A stretch of DNA of 62,688 nt from Nitrospira sp. (lineage in GTDB: Bacteria; Nitrospirota; Nitrospiria; Nitrospirales; Nitrospiraceae), in the NCBI GenBank assembly GCA_031405355.1, contig JANNIV010000266.1:1-62688 (forward strand), in the 5' to 3' direction. A program made the position numbers and the translations under genes. Position 1 is the stretch's first letter, and each line of letters begins with the position of its first letter. The notes beneath the pieces were generated by a model that did no database searches, had not been told where the DNA came from, and worked only from the letters and a program-made list of their open reading frames with translations. Below are positions 5,724 to 14,769 of this stretch, piece by piece.

Positions 5724-7025
5724 ATGGCGCAGAAAAAAGAGCAGGCACGAAAAATTGCAGTTGTTGGACTTGGCTATGTGGGCCTTCCTATTGCTGTCGC
5801 ATTCGGGAAGCAGCAGCATGTGATCGGTTTTGACATCAACAAGGCCAAGATTGCTGAACTACAGAAGGGGCTTGACCGTACAGGGGAAGTGTCTGCCGCG
5901 GATCTGAAAGCGACGGACATTCAATATACCTATCAGCCCAGCGAGCTCAAAGCGGCTGATTTTATCATCGTGGCCGTGCCCACGCCTATTAATGAGGCCC
6001 TTCAGCCGGATTTGACGGCGCTTCGCAAATCGTCAGAATTGATCGGGGCCAACCTGGCGCCAGGATCGATCGTGGTCTTCGAGTCGACGGTCTATCCTGG
6101 AGCCACTGAGGAAGTGTGCCTGCCGATCCTCGAGCAGGCCTCCGGGATGAAGTGTGGAGTGGACTTCAAGCTCGGCTATTCTCCTGAACGGATCAATCCA
6201 GGCGATAAGGAACATCGGCTGGAAACCATCATCAAGGTGGTGTCGGCCCAAGACGACGCATCGCTGGAGATCGTCGCCAAGACCTACGAACTCGTGGTCA
6301 AGGCGGGGATCCATCGGGCTTCTAGTATCAAGGTGGCGGAGGCGGCGAAGGTGATTGAAAATACTCAGCGGGATCTGAACATCGCGCTGATGAACGAGTT
6401 GGCGCTCATTTTCCATCGGCTCGGGATCGATACGAAGTCGGTCCTGGAGGCTGCGGGAACCAAGTGGAACTTTCTCAAGTTTTCACCGGGATTGGTCGGC
6501 GGACATTGTATCGGGGTCGACCCCTATTACCTGACGAGCAAAGCCGAATCGGTGGGCTATCACCCCCAGGTGATTCTCGCAGGCCGGCGCATTAACAATG
6601 GCATGGGAAAGTTTGTAGCAGAGCAGACGATGAAGCGCTTGAGTGAGCTGGCTCGGCCGGTCAAGGAGCTCAAGGTGGCTGTCTTGGGACTCACCTTTAA
6701 AGAGAACGTGCCGGACTTACGCAACAGCAGGGTGCCGGACATTATTCGCGAACTGCGCGAGTATGGGGTGCAAGTCCTGGTGCATGATCCGATCGCGCAA
6801 ACAGAAGAGGCGTTCGAAGAGTACGGGATACATCTAAGCCAGTGGGACGATCTCAAAGATATCGACGGAATGGTTGTGGCAGTCGCGCATCGTAAATATG
6901 TCGATATGGGGATGCAGAAGTTGCTCAAGCCTCTCCGCAGTCAGCAGGAGGGGGTGGTGATCGATGTGAAATGTCTGCTCGATCCGGCGAAATTGCCAAA
7001 GACGCTGAAATACTGGCGGTTGTAG
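5724..7025 (+). CDS. Nucleotide-sugar 6-dehydrogenase (UDP-glucose/GDP-mannose dehydrogenase family; UDP-N-acetylhexosamine dehydrogenase-like, TviB/WbpO type)
   Basis: 433 aa. N-terminal Rossmann motif VVGLGYVGLPIAVAFG and catalytic Cys block GGHCIGVDPYY. Three-domain length typical of the family. Confidence 0.9.
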   Translation: MAQKKEQARKIAVVGLGYVGLPIAVAFGKQQHVIGFDINKAKIAELQKGLDRTGEVSAADLKATDIQYTYQPSELKAADFIIVAVPTPINEALQPDLTALRKSSELIGANLAPGSIVVFESTVYPGATEEVCLPILEQASGMKCGVDFKLGYSPERINPGDKEHRLETIIKVVSAQDDASLEIVAKTYELVVKAGIHRASSIKVAEAAKVIENTQRDLNIALMNELALIFHRLGIDTKSVLEAAGTKWNFLKFSPGLVGGHCIGVDPYYLTSKAESVGYHPQVILAGRRINNGMGKFVAEQTMKRLSELARPVKELKVAVLGLTFKENVPDLRNSRVPDIIRELREYGVQVLVHDPIAQTEEAFEEYGIHLSQWDDLKDIDGMVVAVAHRKYVDMGMQKLLKPLRSQQEGVVIDVKCLLDPAKLPKTLKYWRL

Positions 7026-7044
7026 CAGCCCCCGATCAGGTGTT

Positions 7045-7266
7045 TAGGCTGAAAGCACTAGGCTGAAAGCACTAGGCTGAAGGGATTCAGACTGAAGGCT
7101 GAAGTGTTCTGAACTTCGAACCATGACCTTCCCTGTCCGCCTCTAACTCAGAACTTAGAACCCAGAACTCAGAACTTCTCTGCCCGTCTCGCTCTCGCTT
7201 CACGACCTTCTCGACTCCCACGACCCCTAAAAACCTTCAGCCTAAAAATCTTCAGCCTATCTGCCT
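7045..7266. repeat. Mosaic hairpin element, copy 7 (largest)
   Basis: TAGGCTGAAAGCAC twice in tandem (7045-7072), then TAGGCTGAAGGGATTCAGACTGAAGGCTGAAG and GAACTTCGAACC. A heptamer run follows: CAGAACT TAGAACC CAGAACT CAGAACT (7149-7176). The element ends with CCTTCAGCCTAAAAATCTTCAGCCTATCTGCCT. Confidence 0.85.
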
Positions 7267-7648
7267 GCAATTCCAGATTGGCTCTTGCAATATTGCACGT
7301 GGTTTTGCGTCCATCGCCTCTTTGTTAGGGTCTCCCCCTCCTTAAGCGTCATATACAGTTTCCCTACAAAATACTAATGTTTGCCATGCGTGACGGAGTT
7401 CAGGTGGACCAGGCCCCCGCGATCGGACAAGTGATAAAGGTCTATGTGCCGGCGCCCATCACCGTTGCATAGACTTCGACACTTTCGGAAGCGCGGTGGT
7501 CCAGGAAGTTGCGTGTGGCTGGAACGACGACGCGGGTTACTACTTAGCCAACCGCAAGTTATGTTCTAAGTCAAAGATTGGAATGTGAGTTATGGGGAAA
7601 ACAACAGGCGCTCTGTATGCGGAAGACGGTTCTGAGTTGGGTTACTAC

Positions 7649-8317
7649 ATGAGGTCAGCTATGAGCATGATGACGGGTGTGTGTTCGATCCTCGGCATCG
7701 TGTGTTTGACAGCGACAACGGTGTTGGCAGAACCGACGCCGTCCGTCATGAACCTGCCTAATGAATTTGCACAGGAGAAGCCATCGTTGATCGTGACGAC
7801 GGACTACATCATTGGGCCGGAAGATGTGCTGGATATCACCGTATGGAAAAGCCCGGATCTTTCTAAAACGGTCCAAGTTCGTCCCGACGGCAGGATTTCT
7901 TTGCCGTTGATTGGAGATGTGGATGCAGTCGGCCAAACCAGCGCGCAGTTGACAGAGCGAATTTCTACTCGGTTGAAGGCCTACGTGGAGAGTCCAGCTG
8001 TGTCGATTGTTGTGAAAGAAGTCAACAGCTATGCCATTTTCGTATTGGGCGAAGTCGTCAAGCCGGGACGCTATCCGTTGAAGAGCAAGACGACGTTGCT
8101 TCAGGCTATAACGCTGGCCAGCGGATTTACGCCGGTCGCGTCCAGAAATAAGATCGTCATTTTTCGTTTTCCCAAGGAGGGAGACTCCTTGATGAAGATC
8201 AAGGCAAGTTTTGACGACATTGTCTTGCGGGATGGGATCAATCAGAACATCGAGCTGAAGCCCGGCGATACCATCGTCGTGCCGTCCGAGTCGATGGTGG
8301 TCATGCCAAGCAGGTAG
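7649..8317 (+). CDS. Polysaccharide export protein, Wza/EpsE-like (periplasmic Poly_export + SLBB)
   Basis: Signal peptide MRSAMSMMTGVCSILGIVCLTATTVLA. The ORF opens at 7592, so the start is uncertain. Poly_export block: IGPEDVLDITVWKSPDLSKTVQVRPDGRISLPLIGDVDAVGQT. Confidence 0.85.
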   Translation: MRSAMSMMTGVCSILGIVCLTATTVLAEPTPSVMNLPNEFAQEKPSLIVTTDYIIGPEDVLDITVWKSPDLSKTVQVRPDGRISLPLIGDVDAVGQTSAQLTERISTRLKAYVESPAVSIVVKEVNSYAIFVLGEVVKPGRYPLKSKTTLLQAITLASGFTPVASRNKIVIFRFPKEGDSLMKIKASFDDIVLRDGINQNIELKPGDTIVVPSESMVVMPSR

Positions 8318-8400
8318 CGTGACGTGGTGCTGTATCAACTCAACCAAGAAAGGCCACGACGATCGATGTTACTCAGATCGTTGTGTAAAGGGAAAATCCG

Positions 8401-9000
8401 ATGCGCGTCCTAACGAGTTGGTTTCTTATTGCGGTCTTGGTGGCCGGCACGGCTGGCTGTGTAGGAGACCCGGTCACATACAAGGTCGATATGGTTGCGC
8501 CTAGTGAGTTTCTCTTAGGTCCGGAGGATGTGCTGAATGTGACCATCTGGAAAAATCAGGATCTTTCCCGTGAGGTGGTGGTTCGTCCGGATGGAATGAT
8601 CTCGATGCCGTTGGTGGGAGATATCCAGGCTACCGGGCTCACAGCCAATTTGTTGGCGAAACGTATCGCCGAACGTCTGACCGAATATCTGGCCTCGCCG
8701 ATCGTGTTCGTTCAGGTAAAGGAAGTGAATAGTTACTACATCTATGTCATGGGCGAGGTGGGGAAGCCGGGCAAGTATTCGCTGAAATCCTACGCCAACG
8801 TCATGCAGGGGATTTCTCTCGCCGGAGGGTTCACGCCCTATGCCAAGAAGAACAAGATCAAGGTGCTGCGTGTATCGGCAGAGGGTCCAAATGGCAAACA
8901 TCAGATCGAAATTCCCGTGCAGTATGACGAGATTCTCAAGGGAAACGCGGTTCCTGGAAATTTCTTCCTTCGGATCGGCGACGTGATTGTGGTGCCGTAA
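8401..9000 (+). CDS. Second polysaccharide export lipoprotein, Wza-like paralog
   Basis: Lipobox LVAGTAGC. LGPEDVLNVTIWKNQDLSREVVVRPDGMISMPLVGDIQATGLT is paralogous to the preceding gene. Confidence 0.85.
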   Translation: MRVLTSWFLIAVLVAGTAGCVGDPVTYKVDMVAPSEFLLGPEDVLNVTIWKNQDLSREVVVRPDGMISMPLVGDIQATGLTANLLAKRIAERLTEYLASPIVFVQVKEVNSYYIYVMGEVGKPGKYSLKSYANVMQGISLAGGFTPYAKKNKIKVLRVSAEGPNGKHQIEIPVQYDEILKGNAVPGNFFLRIGDVIVVP

Positions 9001-10344
9001 TTGAGGACCAATTTGCGATATGCGTGGTCGCTGGGCGGGATAGTCGCCGTCATATTCGGGCTCTGTTCCGGTGTCTCTGCGCAACAGCTTGGTGGGGGCG
9101 CCGCGGGGATCGGGGCGGGCACGATTCCGGGCACGCCCTTCGGGGGCGCCGTCGATCCCAGCATGGTGCAGGTCCGCGAGGGCTTCCAGGTGATTCCCTC
9201 GATCTCCGTCGGACAGCGCTACGACAGCAACGTGTTCTTTGTGCGCAAACGCCAGGGGCTCGATCGGGAGGATTTTGTGACCACCGCCGTGCCGCAAGTC
9301 CGCGGCTACTATGTCGGGAATTGGTTCGACGTCAACGCGACGGCGGGCGCGATCGGCGAGTACTACGCCAAGCACCCGAACCTCAATTACGTGGGCGCCA
9401 ATACCGGCCTCGTGCTGAACCTGAGCAAACTGCTGGATCGCTGGTGGCAAGGGGCGACGTTGACGGCCTCGGATACGTACGTCTATTCCCCGCAAGCCCC
9501 GGCGTTTATCGTGGGGAACCTGGCCGGGGCGAGTGCGACGCCCTTCGCGACCGGCTTTCAAGTGGGGCGCGCCAATGTGAGCCGCAATGTGCTGCGCACC
9601 GATCTCGCCGTGCCGCTCACCCAGACGGTCAGCCTGCTAGGGAGCTACGGGAACGGGTTCAACCGCTTTGGGACCTCGGACGTGCAGCAAGCCGGGATCT
9701 TGATCAATAGCACGTACCAGATCTATACGGGCGGGCTCTCGCTGAAGGCGTCGCCGCAGGATCTGCTCACGGTGCATGTGGTCAATACGGACTATAATTT
9801 TAGCACGCAAGCGGCCAGCTCCTTTACCACGCGGGGCGGCACTGTGGGGTGGGACCATACCCTCTCGCCCTTTCTGACCCTGCAAGCCCAGGCCGGGGCG
9901 ACCGTGCTGCAGCGGGACTTGGTGGGCACGAGCACCGCGGCCATCGTCGCCCCCATTGGGCATCTGGCTCTGATCTGGAAGGATCAGACGACCGCCCTGA
10001 CCCTGGCCTACGATCTCGGAGTCAGCCCCTCGTTTCAATTTCAGGCTCAAGCGCTCCGGACGCACGTGGTCTCGGTGACGCTGACGCAACAGACGGCCAT
10101 CCCGGAACTGCTCGCGGTCGCCAATGTGAACTATGGCCGCGGGGATCAGTACGGATCCTCGTCCGGGGCCGGCCTCTCTTATGCGTCGGTCATGGGGACC
10201 GGCGGTGTGGTGTATAAGTTCTCGCCCGAGACCTTTCTGGGCCTGCACTACAGCTACGCGAATGTGGATAACCAGTTCAACGGCAACACGTTTGCCTTCG
10301 ATCGGCACGTGGCGCAGCTCAGTCTGACCCAGGCGTTCTATTAA
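9001..10344 (+). CDS. Outer-membrane beta-barrel protein (EpsL-like, EPS-locus associated)
   Basis: TTG start abuts the previous stop. Signal peptide ...FGLCSGVSAQQ. The body has the alternating-residue composition of beta-strand proteins. The C-terminus LSLTQAFY ends in an aromatic residue, typical of OM barrels. Confidence 0.65.
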   Translation: MRTNLRYAWSLGGIVAVIFGLCSGVSAQQLGGGAAGIGAGTIPGTPFGGAVDPSMVQVREGFQVIPSISVGQRYDSNVFFVRKRQGLDREDFVTTAVPQVRGYYVGNWFDVNATAGAIGEYYAKHPNLNYVGANTGLVLNLSKLLDRWWQGATLTASDTYVYSPQAPAFIVGNLAGASATPFATGFQVGRANVSRNVLRTDLAVPLTQTVSLLGSYGNGFNRFGTSDVQQAGILINSTYQIYTGGLSLKASPQDLLTVHVVNTDYNFSTQAASSFTTRGGTVGWDHTLSPFLTLQAQAGATVLQRDLVGTSTAAIVAPIGHLALIWKDQTTALTLAYDLGVSPSFQFQAQALRTHVVSVTLTQQTAIPELLAVANVNYGRGDQYGSSSGAGLSYASVMGTGGVVYKFSPETFLGLHYSYANVDNQFNGNTFAFDRHVAQLSLTQAFY

Positions 10345-10373
10345 CCCGGAGCCGTTCACGGACTATCAACAAG

Positions 10374-12746
10374 GTGAAAATTATGACTATGCAAGCCGTC
10401 ACCCCCCAAGACCTTGTGAAGATCGTGCTCCAGAGAAAATGGTGGATCCTTGCCAGCCTCGTCATCTGTGTGACGGCGGCCAGCGTGGCATGGACATTTT
10501 CCCCAAAGAATTTCAAGTCGACGGTCGTGGTGACGATTGACAGTCCGAGAATCGCCAAGGAGTACGTCAAAGGGTTATCGCAAGCCCAGGAGGGAAGATA
10601 CAATGATGACCCGATAGCTATCGTGATACAGCAAGTCGCGCTTGGCCTCACAAACAAATCCATTCTCATGCCGGTTCTTGACACTCTGAAGCCTTACTCC
10701 GGTGCAGAGGCTGAAGGACAATCTTCAGACCAGCAGATGAAACGACTCCGCAAATCTCTGGTGGTTGGAAAACCCAAAGAGAAAGATGGGGCCGTGGGAG
10801 TGGGTGTTGCAATATCGTACACCCACCAGGATCCTCATATGGCTCAAGCGGTGGCGTCGCTTTTGGCTGTGAAGCTGCAGGAAGACAATCTCACGCGCCG
10901 TGAAGGGCTCGTGGTGACCACCACGGAATTTATTTCTGTCGAGCTCGATCGGGTGAAGGGCGATCTGGAAGCCAAAGAACGTGCGGTTTCCGATTTCAAA
11001 AGAGCGTACATGGGAGAGCTGCCGCAGCAGATGGAGTCCAGTCTTCGCACCCTTGACCGATTACAGACGGATCTCACGAATTCTACTGAATCGTTGAACA
11101 AGATGGGGGATCGACTGACCGCGTTGGAAAAGTCGATCAGGGAATTTTCTGATAATTCCCTGACCGGGATTGATCGGGATCGGAGAGTGGGCGACACCAG
11201 GCCGATCGATCCTCGGCTCATCAAACTTCGAGAGCTGAAACAAAAGTTGCAAGAACTCTTGGGAACCTACAAGGAGAGCTATCCGGACGTTGTGCAGATA
11301 CGACAAGAGATTCGTCAGATGGAGTTATTGCTGCAGCTCGATGGCAGTCAGCTCGGTGTGAGTGAGACGGCAGCGGGGAAGGCCGATGAGAATGGTGGAA
11401 TCGGCCGCAAGCAGACCGATCCGTACTTGCGCGAGTTGATGCATGAGCGCAGCGAAACGAAGAGGGAGATCGCCGCGCTCAAGGAAAGGCAAGCCAATAA
11501 TATTCGGCAGATCCAGGAAATAGAGGGTCGAGTCGAGCGTATGCCAGGGAGGGAGCAGCGATTGGCGGTGTTGCTCAGAGACCATGAGAATATGCAGAAG
11601 GCCTATCAATCCCTTCTCGATAAACGGACGAATGCCAGAATGTTGGCGAACTACGAAAACCAACAATTCGGCGAACAATATCGAATTATCGAGGCGGCCA
11701 ATTTTCCCGTTTCGCCGGAGCCTCCCAATCAAATCCATTTCCTGCTTGGCGGTCTTCTGGTTGGATGTCTCGTTGGATTTGGATCGGCCATTGGGGCTGA
11801 GTTCATGAAAACCGGGTTCCGGAGGCCGGAAGATGTCGAAAAGTATCTCGGTTTACCGGTCATCGCATCTATTCCCGCATTTGCAAGTGTGACAAGCGGG
11901 ATCGCCATAGGGCAGTCACTTGCTGCGCTGACAGGTCCAAACATGCTGGCGAAATTGCCCGAGGGCGCGCCTTCCTATCACGGCGATCGAAAGAAGGGCG
12001 TCGGCGGGACGTCTGGTGGGAAAAGATACGGCGGCTCTGTACAGAACTTGCCCGCGAAATTCCACTTGATCGCCAAGTGGGTGCCGGCTTCGCTGATGGC
12101 TGAACAATATCGTGTTGGGTCGACGCGGCTGGTCATCATGACCTCAGAGAAAAGAAATGTGGTTACGTTGGTGACTAGCAGCGTGATGGGCGAAGGGAAA
12201 ACAACGACGGCGGTGAATCTCGCGTATATCCTCGCCCACGATTTGAACAAGTCTACCTTGCTGATCGATTGCGACTTTAAACGCCCAATGGTGCACGACT
12301 ATATGGGAATTCCCGCGGGGCCTGGCATAGGGGATGTGCTGCAGGGGGGTGCGATTCTTGAGAACTGTCTTCATCAGTGCGACGGTCTGCCGCTATGGAT
12401 TTTGCCCACCGGCTCTCCCGCTGTCCGTCCGTCCGGTCTTTCGGGCATTCAGTATGTCAAGAAGTTCTTGCCGGCGCTTAGGGCACGCTACGACCATGTG
12501 ATTTTAGATGCGCCTCCGGTTCTTCCGTTGGCCGACGTGAACGCGCTCAGCGGCTTGGCCGACATGACAGTCTTCGTCGTTCGCGCTGGTGGGACAAGTC
12601 AGGACATCGTGAAAAAGGCGTTGGACACGCTTGGCGAGACTGCCGATGCAGCGGGTATCGTTTTGACGCAGGTGGAAATGGAGTATGCGCCGTATCTCAT
12701 GTACACAGCGGCTTACACAAATGAAGATGTCAGAAGTCACGCATAA
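10374..12746 (+). CDS. Fused chain-length determinant (Wzz domain) and BY-type tyrosine kinase (Wzc-like; EpsF+EpsG equivalents in one protein)
   Basis: 790 aa. N-terminal TM, long coiled-coil periplasmic domain and a second TM (FLLGGLLVGCLVGFGSAIGA). Walker A is SSVMGEGKTTTAVNLA and Walker B-like is HVILDAPPVLPLAD. C-terminal Tyr cluster: YAPYLMYTAAYT. Confidence 0.85.
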   Translation: MKIMTMQAVTPQDLVKIVLQRKWWILASLVICVTAASVAWTFSPKNFKSTVVVTIDSPRIAKEYVKGLSQAQEGRYNDDPIAIVIQQVALGLTNKSILMPVLDTLKPYSGAEAEGQSSDQQMKRLRKSLVVGKPKEKDGAVGVGVAISYTHQDPHMAQAVASLLAVKLQEDNLTRREGLVVTTTEFISVELDRVKGDLEAKERAVSDFKRAYMGELPQQMESSLRTLDRLQTDLTNSTESLNKMGDRLTALEKSIREFSDNSLTGIDRDRRVGDTRPIDPRLIKLRELKQKLQELLGTYKESYPDVVQIRQEIRQMELLLQLDGSQLGVSETAAGKADENGGIGRKQTDPYLRELMHERSETKREIAALKERQANNIRQIQEIEGRVERMPGREQRLAVLLRDHENMQKAYQSLLDKRTNARMLANYENQQFGEQYRIIEAANFPVSPEPPNQIHFLLGGLLVGCLVGFGSAIGAEFMKTGFRRPEDVEKYLGLPVIASIPAFASVTSGIAIGQSLAALTGPNMLAKLPEGAPSYHGDRKKGVGGTSGGKRYGGSVQNLPAKFHLIAKWVPASLMAEQYRVGSTRLVIMTSEKRNVVTLVTSSVMGEGKTTTAVNLAYILAHDLNKSTLLIDCDFKRPMVHDYMGIPAGPGIGDVLQGGAILENCLHQCDGLPLWILPTGSPAVRPSGLSGIQYVKKFLPALRARYDHVILDAPPVLPLADVNALSGLADMTVFVVRAGGTSQDIVKKALDTLGETADAAGIVLTQVEMEYAPYLMYTAAYTNEDVRSHA

Positions 12747-13797
12747 GAGGATTCAGGAAGCGCCCGCGCTTCTGTCCAGCTTTTTTCCTGACCGCGCACA
12801 TGTGTCATGGCGCGCGCCAGGTCTCAAGAAGCGTCTGCTCATTCTTGGGACAGGGCAGTTGGCCGTTGACTTGAGTCAGGTCATCCGGTCGAAACCCTGG
12901 TTGATGTTTAATATCGTCGGATTCCTGGACGAGGCTGCTGAGCGAGTAGGCGAACAGCTTGTCGAACCACGCATTATCGGGACGTATGAGCAGTTGGGCC
13001 AGATGGTTCAGCAGTATCATGTGGATACCATCGCCGTGTGTCTGGCGGAACATCGTATGTTTCTGCCGGTTCAGGCGCTTCTCGATTTTAAGACGATGGG
13101 AGTCAACATTCTTGACGGCCACCATCTGTTCGAAACGGCATCGGGGCGTCTCTTGATCGATTCGCTTCGTCCGAGCACGTTAATTTTCTCGATGGGGTTT
13201 CGCCGCGGGTTGATAGCGCTGGTCTGTAAGAGACTCCTCGATGTGGCGGTGTCTGCAGTGGGATTGGTGGCGTTGACCCCTCTCTTGCTCCTCATTGCGG
13301 CGCTCATACGAGTGGACTCACCGGGCCCGATATTGTACCGCCAGATCCGTGTCGGGTTACGCGGACGGCTCTTCTCGATCTGGAAGTTTCGCTCGATGCA
13401 GCACGATGCCGAGAAGTCCGGGCCTCGATGGGCTCAAGCCAACGACCCGCGCGTGTCCCGCATCGGATGGTGGTTGCGAAAGACTCGCCTCGATGAGCTC
13501 CCACAGCTAGTGAATGTGTTCCGAGGGGAGATGAGTCTGGTTGGGCCGCGTCCTGAACGGCCTGAATTTGTGCAGGAGTTGCGGTTGACTATTCCCTATT
13601 ACGATATCCGGTATACGGTCAGGCCCGGCATAACCGGGTGGGCGCAAGTCAGGTATTGCTACGGGGCTTCGCAGGAAGAATCCCACATGAAGCTGCAATA
13701 TGATTTGTACTATGTGAAGAACTTTTCGCTCTTGTTCGACCTGAAAATTTTGATGCATACGGTCCGAGTCGTGATGCTGGGGGAAGGTGCACGTTGA
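12721..13797 (+). CDS. Priming polyprenyl-phosphate sugar-phosphate transferase (bacterial sugar transferase family, WbaP/EpsB-like)
   Basis: C-terminal catalytic block [26 protein letters not shown]...[25 protein letters not shown]-terminal [10 protein letters not shown] nucleotide-binding-like region. The start overlaps the kinase gene by about 26 nt. Confidence 0.9.
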   Translation: MKMSEVTHKRIQEAPALLSSFFPDRAHVSWRAPGLKKRLLILGTGQLAVDLSQVIRSKPWLMFNIVGFLDEAAERVGEQLVEPRIIGTYEQLGQMVQQYHVDTIAVCLAEHRMFLPVQALLDFKTMGVNILDGHHLFETASGRLLIDSLRPSTLIFSMGFRRGLIALVCKRLLDVAVSAVGLVALTPLLLLIAALIRVDSPGPILYRQIRVGLRGRLFSIWKFRSMQHDAEKSGPRWAQANDPRVSRIGWWLRKTRLDELPQLVNVFRGEMSLVGPRPERPEFVQELRLTIPYYDIRYTVRPGITGWAQVRYCYGASQEESHMKLQYDLYYVKNFSLLFDLKILMHTVRVVMLGEGAR

Positions 13798-14699
13798 TCT
13801 GTTCTGGCGAGATAGCTCAGGGGAAGTTGAGGCATGTTCTGTCGTTTGATGTCGAGGAGCATTTTCAGGTTGCGGCATTCTGGTCGGCTGCGAGAAGGCG
13901 TGAGTGGAATCAGCTGGGGAGCCGGGTCGAGCGCAATACGAGGAAAGTCACCGAGCTGCTATCGGAGCATTCGACTAAGGCTACATTTTTCATTCTTGGG
14001 TGGGTTGCAGAACGGCATCCGGAAATGGTGAGAAATCTGGCGCAACAAGGTCATGAAATTGCGTCGCATGGGTATGGCCACGAACTCGTTCACACACAGA
14101 CGCCTGCTCAATTTCGTGAGGATGTCAGGCGGTCAAAACACATTTTGGAAGACCTGACTGGCAGGCAAGTTATGGGATACCGAGCGCCGAGTTTCTCGAT
14201 TACGTCTCGAACGAGATGGGCCATTTCCATCTTGATTGAAGAAGGGTATCGGTATGATTCGAGTATCTATAACCGATTTCAAGGCACCCAGGGGATCACC
14301 ATGGCCGGGGCTGGACCGTACCAACTTGAGACCGAGACTGGAACAATTTGGGAGGTGTCTCCGTCAACAATGAACGTCTGTGGATTTCAGCTGCCTGTCG
14401 CCGGTGGGGGATATTTTCGCCTCTTTCCCTATGCCGCTTCGAAAATGTTTCTGGAGAATCTTGAGAAGCAGGGATCGCAGCTTGTCATGTATTTCCATCC
14501 TTGGGAACTTGATTCTGAGCAGCCGCGCATGGATGGGCCGTTGCTCTCAAAGGTCCGTCATTATCTGAATCTCAGTAAGACGGAACAGCGTCTAAGGTGG
14601 TTGCTGAGGGATTTCTCCTTTGGCCCCATCAACCAGGTCGTTCAGCATGTTCGGTATATCTTTGAAAAACAGGGGGACCGTTCACATGCAACTGTGTAA
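13794..14699 (+). CDS. Polysaccharide deacetylase, PEP-CTERM/exosortase-locus subtype (NodB domain + DUF3473-like C-terminus)
   Basis: HVLSFDVEEHFQV, FFILGWVAERHPEMV and GHEIASHGYGH blocks. TTGA overlap with the previous gene. An alternative TTG start at 13827 is possible. Confidence 0.85.
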   Translation: MICSGEIAQGKLRHVLSFDVEEHFQVAAFWSAARRREWNQLGSRVERNTRKVTELLSEHSTKATFFILGWVAERHPEMVRNLAQQGHEIASHGYGHELVHTQTPAQFREDVRRSKHILEDLTGRQVMGYRAPSFSITSRTRWAISILIEEGYRYDSSIYNRFQGTQGITMAGAGPYQLETETGTIWEVSPSTMNVCGFQLPVAGGGYFRLFPYAASKMFLENLEKQGSQLVMYFHPWELDSEQPRMDGPLLSKVRHYLNLSKTEQRLRWLLRDFSFGPINQVVQHVRYIFEKQGDRSHATV

Positions 14700-14769
14700 A
14701 AAGAGCGCGGTCGTCCATCTCGACCCCAACAGCGCGAAAGCGAACGATTCGGGCGAGTCGGAATGGGAT

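Noticed and set aside
7491-7502. Calling GCGCGGTGGTCC a bona fide ops/JUMPstart element
   Set aside because: It only partly matches GGCGGTAG, and the organism is not enterobacterial. I kept it as a pointer in the leader finding, not as a feature.
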